Below are positions 1 to 13,119 of a stretch of 64,000 bases of DNA, one piece after another. The position numbers were made by a program, and so were the translations under genes. Position 1 is the first letter of the stretch, and each line of letters starts with the position of its first letter. The notes below the pieces were generated by a model. It made no database searches. It saw nothing but the letters and a program-made list of their open reading frames with translations, and had not been told where the DNA came from. Source of the stretch: Raja brachyura (Eukaryota); the NCBI GenBank assembly GCA_963514005.1, contig OY740812.1:2170001-2234000 (forward strand), given 5' to 3'.

Positions 1-1564
1 GCACTTTCTTGTAAGGGGCCTTCAGAATTATTTAGTACCTTCGGAATTATTTCTAAATTGTAATCCGCCAGTGTATTCATAGTTACGGGTTTTACATTCT
101 GGCCAGGAATGTCAACATTATACATCTTGTATCAGGATATCCCAATGACAGAGGATTACATGGTAGTCTCCGTTTAAAGAATTTTTAAAACTCGAATCAC
201 TACAGATGTGTTCGTGTCTTCGGCGTTTGACGATATTTACAAATAGCAGCCGTTCAAGATCTGGTCCCTACCCAGAGACGATCTTGCTTCTTTTAAAAGT
301 TAAAAGCCGTATGAGGAATTTAGCAGCGCGACTGCAACTGAAAATATGCTTAGGCTACTGACTCCGGACATTTTAAGGGAGCAAGTAAAGTCTAGTCTCC
401 AACGTAGTTTTTCCTCATCAAATAATATTAATAAAAACACAACATTTTTCAGAGGGAAATCCTACCACTGCTTTCACCAAAAACTGATAACAAATCCGAC
501 TCAATCTGTCAAATAAACTTCAGGTCCCTGATTAAAAGCTTTTTTTGGCCTTTATTTATGTAAAGATCTCTTTATCTGGCCCACTCTCTCGCTCTCGACC
601 GCCAAGTTTGATGTTGTTATAAGAGGCACCGCTGTCTCTGTCTTTTTTTCTCTGCTGCCAGTTGTCTGCAAGCACATAAAGTTCACACAGACAGACAGGC
701 AATAAAGCCCCCGGCTGCTGTGTGCGTTCTTTATACAACGCCTTGGGATAAATCGCAAGCTTTAAAGCTGCATCAGCGCAACCGTGAGATTGGTATTTTC
801 GCTGGAGCCCTCACTCACAATCTACCCACGATCTCTCCCTCTCTCTCTCTGACTCACATCTCTTCATATTTCTCCACTGACAGTTCCCTTTCGTTACTGG
901 GCTAGACTTGAATAAAACTAAATGCAAAAAAAAACAACCCATGTCTCCGTGAAAACAGACCGGTCAATTAATTGTACTTGATCATGGATGTTTGTCATGG
1001 CGTTTTCAAAGTTTAAACTGGCAACGGATAACATGTCTGACATGTCTCCTTGCGCAAGTATCCGAGTGTTTCAACTGTTTGGATTGATTGAGAAGAAATG
1101 CCTTGTAGGAATTTGGTTGCCTCCGCCGGCGCTTTCGCCCTTTATGACCACGACGACCGGCCTCAAATGACTGAACTTCTGTTGTTATTTTTGTCGCCCA
1201 CTTGTTTTCTCTCCCGCTGTCTCTAACCTTGAAACAGGACCAGAATTAAACGTTATTCCCTGGACGCAGTCCCCCATGGAACGCACCGGTCGCACCTTCT
1301 GGAGCGGATGTTTATCCCTGTGAAAGTTTAAAGTGCTGGAAACTCGAGTAAGAAATCAATTCTATGGCCCGGATTTGTCCGAGGAGGTCAGTTCATAAAT
1401 GTTTCTTTATTTGAGAACAAAGCGCCATTTCACTAACGCAGAGAAAGCTGCATCGCCAACACACACGGACTAAAAGCACACGTAAATTTAAAGTAAAAGG
1501 TGTCAGTACAAAGTGTGGCAGGAGCCTTAATATTGAACAAATATGAGCCAAAAACAACAACAAA

Positions 1565-1757
1565 ATGTGTAGGAAAGATCTGCACATGCTGGTTTAAATC
1601 GAAGATAGACACAATATGCTGGCGTAACTCAGCGGGACAGGCAGCAGCTCTGGAGAGAAGGAATGGGTGACGTTTCTGAAGGGTCTCGACCCAAAACGTC
1701 ACCCATACCTTCTCTCCAGAGACGCTGCCTGTCCCGCTGAGTTACTCCAGCACTTTG
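1565..1757. mobile_element. Penelope pseudo-LTR foldback (two inverted copies)
   Basis: Left arm ...gctggcgtaactcagcgggacaggcagc...gggtgacgttt is the reverse complement of right arm aaacgtcaccc...gctgcctgtcccgctgagttactccagc. Confidence 0.8.
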
Positions 1758-3570
1758 CCTCCAACAACGACTAAATGGTTCTAAAAACGCTCCGAAGGTC
1801 ACGCAGCATCTGCGGAGACAAGGACCATTGGGTGGATTAGGACTTGTACTAAACCTCGCATTTAATAGTTTGTTCATATATTTATATAGAATGCATAAAT
1901 CCTCTCTAGTTATAATATGGTTCTACGCGACACGACATCCGACCACGTGATCGCAGAGAGCTGCTACATTATTTTTGGCGGGCTTATAGGTTTAAGGTTT
2001 TGAAATATATGCTTCCATTATCTTTAATGCTTTTTTTCTATATTCTGACGTACTTTTGAAGTAAAATATTAATTTGAGGTAAATATCATGACATACTAAT
2101 ATTTTTGTGCAATTACCAATAAGGAATCATCACTCCTGAGTAACACTAGCAAGTAAAACGGTCGTTTTCTTGTGTATAATGGTCATTCTTGTTGGAATAA
2201 TGATAGTATACGAGAAACTCTGCCTCATTGCCAATTTTCTATTTCGAAATATTTCGTCATTATATATTTTACGGAAGTATTTCCCAACCGAATATTTTGC
2301 AAACAGAAATTAACATTTTATTTGAAACGTCCTTTCAAGGTGAATTGTGGCTTGTGTCCTTCTAAAAGGCACAGTAGTTAATTTGTACCAGTCTGACTGT
2401 TTTACAATAATTTTAACTACTATTTTATTGAGATTTTGTAACCGATCCAAGAATAAGTGCACAGTGTTCCAGTGAAGGAACTCCGGTTTCACGGTGAGAT
2501 TGCCACGGTACTGCTAATCAAGCGTGTGGAATGTGCCAACATGCTCCTTATTTTTATAAAACATAGAGTTAATCCTGCTATAGGGAAAAACGATACATTT
2601 GCAGTTCGTCATTTCCTTAATTTGGACGTTTGGTCTCATTCTCCACGCTTTGGAATAAAATGCCGCTGATGCAGGTCCCCCCCCCCCCCCCCCCCCCCCC
2701 AATAAAATCTAAACTGTATTATAACACCACGATTATTCATTCACACTTTAAAATATCTATTTTTGAAAGGACGGCTCGTTTATTGCCGGCCACCTTTTGT
2801 TTCTGGAAGGCAAACTATTGGATTATGAGCTAAAATAAAGTATACTGAAATTAACACATTTGGCCCTTTTGTAACTGGCGATGGAAGAACAAAAAAAAAC
2901 CGCCACTTAAAGATGACGCAGAAAAATGAGTTTGTTGAGCTGAAATGTAAAACAGAATTCCAAAGGATTCGCCGTCGGAAGCGAAGAATAAAACTATTAA
3001 ACATCGATTTCAGTGAGGACTCTGTGGAATTTGATCAGAATAACTTGCTCATAACACATCCAATGTCCTTTGGTTACTTTGTCCTGTAATCGTCTCACTT
3101 TTGTTTTATTAAGTAAATACTCGGCAGAACTTGGCCAACATCCAAACGCACCATAGTTATTTTAGCATCCTGCATTTCACCTTGGAGCTTTATCTCCATT
3201 GGGTCATCATGGAAATGGTTAGTAAATTCCCAGCCCGATGTAGGCCCAAAGAGATAAGCGGGTACTTAACCCCGAACTTTGATGACATATAGGCGTTTTT
3301 CCTATTTCTTAGTGTATGCCAATAACCCCAGCACAGTACAAAGGTGCAGGGGTCTTTCGAAAATAAGACTATATCTTAAATTGTTCTCCCCAGAGTACAG
3401 TTAACATTATTGAGAATATTTCCCCAGTGAAAGGGGATTTGAGGAGAGGAGTGGTATTTAATCTATTTACTACTTTTAAAACAAACTAATTTCTAAAATA
3501 ACTCTCTAACCTGCAATTAAATTTTAAAAAATAAACAATGATAAAAATTAAGCATTAGTAGAAAAAATAA

Positions 3571-3685
3571 CTGAAATGCTGGATTTATACTAAAGATGGG
3601 CCCAAAGTGCTGGAGTAACTCAGTGGATCAGTCAGCATCTCTGGAGAAAAAGGATAGGCGACCTTTCGAGTTGGGACCCTTCTTA
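3571..3685 (-). mobile_element. Penelope pseudo-LTR copy (degenerate)
   Basis: gctggagtaactcag...gcatctctggagaaaaagg...tttcgagttgggacccttctt; same family as 10399-10533. Confidence 0.7.
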
Positions 3686-5946
3686 GTTTGATATTACAAG
3701 AGTAAACTTTAATTCAACTTATATAAAATATCATGGGACGATTCCTTTTTAAATTCCATCTTTAGCACAATTTCAGAATTATGTGGTTTAAGAAATATGC
3801 TAATTTATTTTTAAGCATAGGAGAAAATACCTGTTTTTGCAAAACTGTTCATAACTGGTAATACTACACAGCGGGCATCGATGAAATGGTCTGGGAGGAA
3901 ATACAACACTTGGGTAATAAATGGGTTGTGGTGACTGCGAATTAGGGTTTGTTGCACAAGAACCTGAAATATATTTCTATTTTACAATACGCCACGAGGG
4001 AGGATTGTGTGTATTCCGGATTTATTTTGTTAATTTGTATCATTTATTGCTTTTAGTTTCTGTGCAAATTCGATTGCATCAATTATATCTTTGAAAACCA
4101 CGGTTTACCAATACATAACATCGATTGGAATCTAAAGGGGCCAACCGAATGGAGTTCTTTTGGAATTATGCGAATCGCCGCATTTTGTGTTAGCCTGAAT
4201 GGAGGTGTTGTTACGTTGCGCATGTGATTTTAAAACAGTCTTCACAAAGACACTGTTCTTTTGCAGATATTGGCGCCTATTTTCATTAACGTTCTGGAGT
4301 CTTAACTCCATAGACGTGGGTCTGAAACACGGAGTATTTCTGTAAATCAAAAAACATTTCTATACAATCCTGTGAATTAATAAAAGATAAAACATTCATT
4401 ATACTTCCTCTAAACGCCTGGTTTGTTCAACGTTTCATAATTATTTACACAAGAATAGTGTTATCTTTAATGCGCCGTTTTACAGATAATTTTTAAAGAT
4501 TAAAAAAGTTTGCAAAGCAAATTGGAAACAATTTCACCTTTAATAAGAATTTATTTCCACGGGCACAGTTCAGGATCGAGCTCGATTTCACTCATTTGGT
4601 ACTTTCACAACAACTCTTCTGCTCCAACTGCGGGCAGATCGAGTTTGTTCATTGGAGCAGGGAAATCAGATCAATTTAACTCTACAATGAATAAGAGCGA
4701 GACCGGCAACTCAATCGAAACATTCCACCAACCAACCCTTGATATTTTAAAGTCAAATACAAAAAAAGCAAAAGTTGGCAATTTACAACGGCAAAAATAT
4801 CAAACATTGTGAATAAAGAAGACAAATGGCATCATTTTTAATTGTAAATGAAAGTTACAGGCATTCTGCTTGATTTGTTTATACGAGAGGTCAAGGTGAA
4901 TACCTAAGGTCCGCGTTGCATCGCGTCGCAAAGGCTGCAAGCAGTTAGAAATGGGGAAGCCAATTAAAAAGTAATGATTAGGTGAAGACAAAGTCGCTTA
5001 CTAAAATTCTGAAATGCAGAAAGGTAAAATTGAGGGAAGAACCGCCGTACCGCTGTAACGAGTTTGGGAAAATCGGGCCGAATAAATAGTATTTGGTGCG
5101 AAATAATCACAGCTTTGAAGTCAGACAAAAAGTTCATTGCCGCATTTGTCATAGCGGACAGAAAAAGGCCGGAAAGAGTGCGGTGGCTAAATTACTTACC
5201 GTCTGCGAGTTTACGCACCAGAGCCAATATACTACAAAAGAGCCGATGTTGGTCATTTCGCTGGGTGAAGAGATGAACTTGTAATCGCATTAAGACGTGA
5301 TAGGCATCAGCACTCAAGCACTGCCGGCGCATAATATTAACTCGCTCGGCCCTGGGGTTTCGAGTTCCCACCCTTCATTGGTCGCAGAAGTCTCACTTTA
5401 CATCTAAAGAGGTCCCTACGTTATTTCCGTACTTGAACTACAGAGTAAGTACAGACAAATTGCGAACTTCCACCCAACTTACGGAGTGAAATTGTACTGT
5501 CGCAATAGTTCATTATTTACTCTACCCTTGCCCCTATTCTCATCCTCATGTAGATGTGTAAATGTGCAAGGGACCTTCAACTACAATTAATTAATACATT
5601 CTACAATAAACACACCATTCTGTGCCCCTGATTACAGGCAGATCTACTCAGATACAGGGACCGTCACACACAGGAAGAGACATGGCAGAGGAATACATCC
5701 ACCATTATCGACATGTATACACAAAGGTGCTGACTAACAATCTGGTGGAAACCAATAATTGCTTCCAGATTAGAGAAGAAACTAACTAACGTACAAAATA
5801 GTTTGATCATTAAGCAGACAAGCAAGAAATCCATGCATCATCTTCCTTTCTTTGTGGACATTCCTTTCCATATAAAACAGTTCATCTCAAAACCGTTTGC
5901 CAAGTGGAAGGAGTTACAATTCTAACACGATATTTGTGCCGGAAGA

Positions 5947-6266
5947 CCTGTCCCACAGTACGAGTTCATTCCAAGAGCTCTCTCGAGTTTAAAAAAAATC
6001 AAACTCGTGATAAGCACGGAGAATGAACGTAGCGGGTACGTCGGAGCTCGGGGACGTCTCTTAGCGGCTCGTAACGCCAACGGCAGGTACTCGGGCAGAC
6101 TCGCTAACGGCAGGTAAGCACTGGAAGTCTCGTGAAGATTTTTCAACATGTTGAAAAATGTCCACGAGACCACGAGTACCGACGAGTGACCATTACCGTA
6201 AATCTCCGAGTTCGATTCAGGCAAACTCTGGAGAGCTCTTGGAATGAACTCGTACCGTGGGACAGG
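5947..6266. mobile_element. MITE / non-autonomous DNA transposon with 36-bp terminal inverted repeats
   Basis: CCTGTCCCACAGTACGAGTTCATTCCAAGAGCTCTC (5947-5982) matches the reverse complement of 6231-6266 at 35/36. CpG-rich interior. TSD and superfamily not resolved. Confidence 0.8.
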
Positions 6267-7481
6267 GCAGGGGAAGGTTATCTTACATTTGCGATATGGT
6301 CGAACTATTGTGCACTCGCGAGGTTTGAGTAGATATGTGGTCCAGAGAATTAGGAATTAATACGTTATGAGGAGACTCATCTGATATATAATATTAATGC
6401 AGGCGACCCGCACCTTACGAGGGGATGCGCTCCAAGAACAATCAGGCAATATCGCGATTTTCCGTTATGCAAAATTGCGCGCATCAAGAAAGATATTTTT
6501 GAGTTGATTTGTTTACTTTTTAATATGAATTCCATGGTGATAATTTGGCATGAGCTCATGTTTTTTGGTAGCGATTTGTGAAGTTTGTCAGCGAGAATTT
6601 CCGCAATCCGATCGACCTTGACAATTAGGATCATAATATCCCATTGTGACAGAAAGGTTGTATCTCCATGTCAACAAGAGTTCCAAAACAACATTCTTAG
6701 GTTTATGTTGCATAGTACCATGAGGAATTCACTCAAAGATGATGAATTACATTGAGGCTCGATGAATGGTGTTAATGAATAAACGATTTGGCAGCATTGG
6801 TAGGGAGGGGATTTTACCGTTCGGTGGAGAGTTTTCTATTTTGCTCTTAGTTTCTATAATTTAGCCTACCAAATTGATGGAAACCAACACTTGCTTCCAG
6901 AAACGTTAGAGAGTGAAGAATAAATGACGTGTAAAATAGTTGGACCATAAAGCAGACAGCAATCCAGAAATATTGCCCCAAAATGTAGCAATGCGTCCTT
7001 CCATTCTTTGCAAACATTCCTTTACAAGTAGCAGTTAGCGATACACTACTGAATCTATATTAGTTTTTTTTTTCGGTTAATGCACTGACCGTGCTGGTAG
7101 GGAATTCTAGACAATATTAAAATGAATTTAGGAAACGTTTATACGTAAAGGGAATCATTTTTAAACGATGGAACTCTGCCTTCCACCGATCTCAAATCCC
7201 CATCGCCTCCAAAGGCTGTGAATGATGAGAGGTGGGGAAGATGGGCAAGGTGATGGCCAAATAAACTTAGCAAGAACGACACTTGGATATGTTTCATGGA
7301 TACATGTTTCTGGGGTTTAGAACAAAAGGGGGTTAAAGGAGATAAACTAAAATGGCCAGGATGCAATTTAAATGATTTGGCTGGGGCCTACTCCGATGGA
7401 GAAAGAACGAGCTAATTTTATTGAAGAGGGATTTTTGAAATGGTTTGAAATTGGTAGAGTTAAACAGTGAAATGCCAAAAG

Positions 7482-7563
7482 AGAGGTCTCGACCCAAAGC
7501 GTCACCCATTCCGTCTCTGCAGAGATGCTGCCTGTCCCGCTGAGTTATGCCAGCATTTTGTGC
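7482..7563 (+). mobile_element. Penelope pseudo-LTR copy
   Basis: ggtctcgacccaaagcgtcacccattcc...gatgctgcctgtcccgctgagtta...cattttgtg. Confidence 0.7.
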
Positions 7564-8588
7564 CCAAATACTATTTATTTGGCAGTTTCATATTACTTTC
7601 ACGTAGTTTTGAAGGGAAAGTGTAAAACCTCGTAGGTCCAGGTTGGATAATAATTCCATAAGAAATGAATCAGATGGTTTGTTGAACTTGAGGGAAATAG
7701 GTGGGTTGTGTTTTTTTTTGCTCTCTGGGGTCAGCAGGTTTGCAGTATTAGGCACCACAATAGATTTACAGGGTCTGTAAAGTATGTACCGGTGGTATGA
7801 TGTAGACACCACACTACTATGTTTATTGGCGCAGGATAAAGTCCTCGGAAATCCTGGCACTCTGCAGACAAATCCTCCTGTAGATATTACATTCTGATAA
7901 CGTCAAATGTTATAAAGTAATATGAGATTTAAATAGAGGTATAGAGTGTATTAAGTGATATTTAGTGTGTGTATATAAGCTCTTAATATATGATAGAAAT
8001 AACCAAGGTAATGAATACCAGATGATAGTCCGTCATCTTTATTTTTCAGAAAAATATGAATCAAGCATTTGTAACTGCATCTCTATTTAACGAGAGATAA
8101 ATAATCGTGACAATCTGCTAGAGTGTAGATACCAAATAGTTACTGAAATGAGAGGGATTAATTTCAAAGGTTTAGTTCTCTTTATTAATATGTCCTTTTT
8201 TTACCCCATGCCTGGCCCACATTCGAGGAGCTTCAGTCTCTACATTTAAACGTGATCTTCAACTAAGTATTACATTTGATCCCATCTTCATTTATTCTTC
8301 CTTCTACGGGCGTTGCAACGGAATTGTTAAACGTGGAATGTTTATCATGAATGAAGTGGAATATTCGTCATTTCACTGCTACAATAAGTCATCGCACTTG
8401 AAATGACCAAGAGATGGGATCTAGTGAAGGCTGTTTTTTCTTAAAGTGGCGTCGTCTGCTTTGAACTGCGTGGAATACGATAATTGGTGTCTCGTTCAAT
8501 CAGGGACATTGAATTACGATGTTTGAAGGAGTTATATTTCCTTTACCGCAGTTCAAAGATTAGATTTCGCCCATCTAATATGTTTTGA

Positions 8589-8715
8589 GTCTGAAGACTT
8601 GCCTCGACCGGAAACGGTCTGCCCATTTCTCCCACAGACGCTGCCTGACCCGCTGAGTTCCCACAGCACGCTTCATTTTGCTCTATGTTCCAACATCTAC
8701 AGTTCCCTGTGTCTC
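8589..8715 (+). mobile_element. Older Penelope pseudo-LTR copy with hammerhead-like core
   Basis: gtctgaagacttgcctcgaccggaaacggtc...gctgcctgacccgctgagtt. Confidence 0.6.
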
Positions 8716-9084
8716 CTTGTTTTGACGCTTGATGACCTTATGCGAATTCACCGCCTCTTTAACATTCACAGACGTCCCTATAAATCCAAGCTAATTTTCT
8801 ACAGTTTAAAGATATGAACTAAATTGTCATTGTATTCAGAGACGTCGAAAATGTGTCAGGGAACTTGTAATGGTGAGAACAGATACTTGTATTATTATGT
8901 ATGAATAGACTAAAGCCTCGCCCTTTTGGTTCATTTGCACATTCATTATGGTTTACGCTGCAAAATCATGACAATGTCCTCGCGTTGCCTTTAATCTAGA
9001 GCTGGTGAAGTCCATCATTGCACCCACTGCAGAAATCTGTAAACCGGGAGGTGGAGACATTGACATATTAAAATCGTATTCACA

Positions 9085-9360
9085 AGCCACATTTTTTTCA
9101 ATGTTAAGCGAGACAAGATATCAGGCAACTGAACCATCCGATCAACAGCTGGAGAGCGGTCCTGAGCTGCCATCTTCCGACTATCTTTAATCGGATTTTA
9201 CTGGACCTTATCTTGGACTGAACGCTATTCCCTTTATCTTGTATCTGTACCCTGTGGAGGGCTCGGATGTAATCATGTATAGTCTTTACGCTGAATGGAC
9301 AGCAAGCCACAAAACATCATTGACTGTACGTCGGTACATGTGACAATAAACTAAAATAAA
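9085..9360 (+). mobile_element. LINE (Rex1/Babar- or L2-like) 3' end fragment
   Basis: Shares ...cccttatc.tgtatctgtac...gattgtaatc.tgtat...gctga.tgga.agca.gca...ctcggtaca.gtgacaataaactaaa with 27445-27900 and 29240-29470; related tails at 19330-19520 and 62940-63100. Confidence 0.55.
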
Positions 9361-10197
9361 ATCAAAAAGACAACGTGGATGTATGTAAATGAAGAGAAGA
9401 GGTCAAGAGATCAAGAGTGTTTTATTGTCATATGTCCCAGACGGAACAATGAAATCCCCAAATTTCTGTCCAATTATCGATTTGAAGCACAGACACTGTC
9501 CGGATTTCTGCAGGATGTGTTTTTAAACAGTGGTTACTTTAGGTATGTTCATCGAGGTATTGTTAATGTTCAGCTGCTAAGCCATTGTCCAAAAGGGTGG
9601 GTGGGGGGGGGGGGGTATTTTGTTTATGCTCTGTCTTTCCAATAATCTGTCCAGTCCTCGCCCTTGTTGGTCTTCCAGGTAGCCACGAAGAGCTCAAGTG
9701 TCGTTATTTTGACGGATATGAAGGTCCCGCAGTTAATAGCACTAAATGAGTTACGTGATCATAATGACTTTCTTCTTCTGAGTGATCTTACTATGGTCAC
9801 TACATTTCCATTGTCATAACACTACAACGTGATGTTCGTCTGTTTGCTGTCAAACGTTCCAATAGATTATATCGACGACGCGAAAAACGTTTTGTTAATT
9901 CATGTCATTTTCAATTTCAAACCGCTCATTTTAAAATATAAAACCGAATATTATTATTTTTTTTCTAACCAAGGTGTTTTTCTCCTGTCCTAGATAAAGC
10001 AGGGAGTGGGCAACCAGTATTCTTTCTACAAGGTTTACACATCGTGTGCTGCTGCAAGTAAGAATTTCTTTGTTCCGTATATGACAATAAAACACTTTTG
10101 ACTCTTGAAAATAGAACTGGAAAATCCATCCACTTGATGTTCTATTTTCCACAACTTGAAACGAAAAGAGGAAGAGACAGTTGAATGTATTGTCATG

Positions 10198-10291
10198 GTA
10201 GACACAAATGCTGGAGACACTCAGCTGGTGAGGCAGCATCTAAGGAGCGAATGAAATAGGCAACGTTTCGGGTCGAAACCCTTCTTCAGAC
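10198..10291 (-). mobile_element. Penelope pseudo-LTR copy with TSD
   Basis: Minus strand GTCTGAAGAAGGGTTTCGACCCGAAACGTTGCC; TSD TGTCATG at 10191-10197 and 10292-10298. Confidence 0.8.
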
Positions 10292-10398
10292 TGTCATGTT
10301 TGGCATGTTCGGACGGAAGAAGAATTTTAGGCCTCGTACGATGTGGGAATATCCCGATCCTTCATCTTGCTCTTATCAAAGTCATAAAGTAATAGTTG

Positions 10399-10918
10399 AT
10401 GTGTAAGGAGGAACTGGAGATGCAGGTTGTAACCGAAGATAGACTCAAAAAACTGGCGGAACTCAGTGGGACAGGCAGCATCTCTGGAGAGAAGGAAAGG
10501 GTGACGTTTCGGGTCGAGACCCTTCTTCAGACTGGTTAGGGATAAGGGGAACGAGATGTGGTGTGGAGAGATAAAGAACCATGAATGAAAGATATGCAAA
10601 AAAGGAAAGGATTATAAAGGAAATAGTTTGTAAGTTGTTTGCAGGCAGAAAATGAGAAGCTAATGCGACTTGGGTGGGGGAGGGCGAGGGAGAGAGGGAA
10701 TGCCGGGGTTACCTGAAGTGAGATACGTCAATATTCATACCACTGGGCTGCAAACTGCCCAAGCGAAATATGAGATGCTCTTCGTCCAATTTGCGTTTAG
10801 CCACACTCTGGCAAGGGGGGTGGGGGTGATGGGGGGGGGGGGGGGGGACAGAAACGTCTGTGCTGGAACGAGAAGGAGAACTAAAGTGTCCGGGAACCGG
10901 GAGATCAGGATGGTTAAT
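10399..10918 (-). mobile_element. Penelope-like element 3' end: GIY-YIG C-terminus + 3' UTR + hammerhead-containing pseudo-LTR
   Basis: Minus strand reads NHPDLPVPGHFSSPSRSSTDVSV...CQSVAKRKLDEEHLIFRLGSLQPSGMNIDVSHFR* (TAA at 10711-10709). About 180 bp further on comes CTGAAGAAGGGTCTCGACCCGAAACGTC (10530-10503), then the common repeat tail. Confidence 0.85.
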
Positions 10919-10934
10919 AGTTAATGTCGCTTTA

Positions 10935-10953
10935 TGGACAGCAGAGGGCGCGC
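10935..10953 (+). promoter_or_regulatory. Candidate CTCF site
   Basis: TGGACAGCAGAGGGCGCGC, one mismatch to the core; overlapped by a TTTATGG posterior-Hox/Cdx motif. Confidence 0.45.
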
Positions 10954-11454
10954 GGGTTGGTATCCAGAGCAGCTCGGGGATGCGCTTCCTGTAGATCCCT
11001 TCGATGGTATGAAGATTAAATCCTCCAGTTCTGATGGAATGCTATTAACCTTCAATGTCAACTATTATTTTTCTCCTGTACCCGATTAGTATTTCGATCA
11101 TTATCGGGTTTTTTTATGTTCCTTACCGTATATTTCGTAACCAAACATTTCGAAAAACGAAATTATGCCATGCAAATGACATGTTTTTCCATTGATCATT
11201 TGCCGGAGGTGTGCCAAGATTCACTCTTCGCACATAGCCCTGGAGAATGGAATGTCTTATATACAGCCCTGGGTCATGGACTGAAGGACTAGACAGTTGC
11301 ATCAGACCAGTTTGCATATTTTCGTCGAGATGATAACCTTTCAAGAGCAGATGTGACTCAGTCTGTTATGCAGCTGTTTGGGATGAACCTGGACAAAGGC
11401 CGTTCTATATCTTTCCAAACCTTCTTGACAAACGCTCATTCAAGAACTAAATGG

Positions 11455-11832
11455 AACTTTTCCCTCGCTCTCCCTCTAGTCCCGTCCCACCCATTAACAC
11501 CCCCCCCCCCCCCCTCCCCACCACCACATCCAGCTTTACATTTGGCTCCTCCACCTCACGCTCTATCTGATATCCTTTCACATCCAGCCCTCGTCAATTC
11601 TTCCACTCCTGCCAATAACCCTCTCCCGCCCATCACCTTTAACCTGCCAGGCTCTGTCCAGACCTCACCTCATTTTTTCAGCTCTCTGCCCCCTACAGCA
11701 ATCAGTGTGAGAGGACGCTTGCTGTCCCGAGATGTCCTCTGTCTCACCACAGATGCTGACTGACCCACTGACATCCTCCAGCACTTTGTGCTTTGCTCAT
11801 GATACCAGCATCTGTAGTTGCTCTTGTCTCCA
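11455..11832 (+). mobile_element. Degenerate Penelope 3' UTR/pseudo-LTR
   Basis: C-rich UTR-like tract ending cagatgctgactgacccactga...tccagcactttgtg...ccagcatctgtagtt. Confidence 0.55.
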
Positions 11833-12564
11833 ACTAAATGGGTGATGTTCTCATCCTGACCACGGTCGTTTCTTGGGCAGCAGGAAGTGGCAGTGAACTT
11901 CCAACCGTGCAGGGAATAAAGGACCCTTCACAACATTGGCTTAATAAAATGTTAGTAATTGTTTGAAGCTGTTTGAAGTGTTAAACCTTCTGTCAAGACT
12001 CCTTGACCGTCTGCTGGGGGAACCATTTCACAAAATCCACCAATGCTGCTTCATAGTTGCCTTATTTAAGCACTGAATTATACATTCGACATCAGATGAC
12101 AGTTCTCATTGTCAACCTACTGCCTTGAGCACAAGCAATGAATATCAACCCTCATGAGTACTGATTAACTTTCTGAACACAACTGCTGTTATAAAGAAAG
12201 AGAAACAACATATTTACAAATCCTAAAAAACATCAGCATGTTAAACAATAACTGCGGGAGGCAGCTGAGTTTCAAACACAAAAAGCTAGTTGCTACCTTT
12301 CACTCACAACGCCATGTAAATGGACATACATAATGATAACATATGTCATTCAACATAGTATAACGCACCATTTTACATTTTAATACATATGAAAGCTGAA
12401 TTTGTAATTTTTAATTATTTGATGTAGAGGTTTCTTCAAATACAAAGTTATTTGTAATATATTTTGCTGCATTTAAACTAAACCCAAGATTTCATTATAG
12501 AACGGGCGTTTTAGTTACAATACCATGTAGCACTGGTAAACAAAATGAATCGTTGAAGACGTGT

Positions 12565-12652
12565 GACAGTCTCGACCCGAAATGTTACCCTTTCCTTTTC
12601 TCCAGAGATGCTGCCTGTCCAGCTGAGTTACTCCAGCTTTTTGTGTCTATCA
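12565..12652 (+). mobile_element. Penelope pseudo-LTR copy with 12-bp TSD
   Basis: TSD TTGAAGACGTGT at 12553-12564 and 12653-12664. Confidence 0.8.
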
Positions 12653-12709
12653 TTGAAGACGTGTCCTCTGTAGAATCAGAAAAGGAAAAAATACGTTCGT
12701 TTATTTTTG

Positions 12710-13020
12710 AGATAGAGCATGGACACAGGCACTTCGGCCCAACAAGTCCATGCATTAGGGTCACCCGATTACACCAGTTATATATTGTCACGTTTTCTTA
12801 TCCACTCCCTGCACACTTGGGACAATTTACAGAGGCCAATTTACCTACAGACCTGCACGTCTTTGGGATGTGGGGGGGAAACCGGAACACCCGGCAGAGA
12901 GCCACGCCGCCACAGGGGAAACCTGTAAACTCCACACAGGCAGCACCCGATGTCAGACTCGAACCGGGTCCCTGGCGCTGTGATGCAGCAGCTCTACCAG
13001 CTGCGCAACTGAACCGTCCT
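12710..13020 (-). mobile_element. tRNA-derived V-SINE (HE1-like)
   Basis: Minus head ...gcgcagctggtagagctgctgc...ggacccggttcgagtc (A/B-box-like), V-domain ...ggtttcc...cacatcccaaagacgtgcagg, CR1-type tail ...gggccgaagtgcctgtgtccatgctctatctc. Confidence 0.75.
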
Positions 13021-13119
13021 TCATGCCCATTACTACATTATAATGAATCAAATCTGCAGTAAAGATGTATGCTTGTCATTGACTCGCATAATCGTGTTCA
13101 CATTAAATATACATTTTGT

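Noticed and set aside
1029-1047. p53/p63 response element (aacatgtctgacatgtct)
   Set aside because: The CATG cores are 9 bp apart rather than the canonical 10.
12940-13020. tRNA gene
   Set aside because: tRNA-like A/B boxes only, as the head of a V-SINE; no full cloverleaf. The same applies at 24775.
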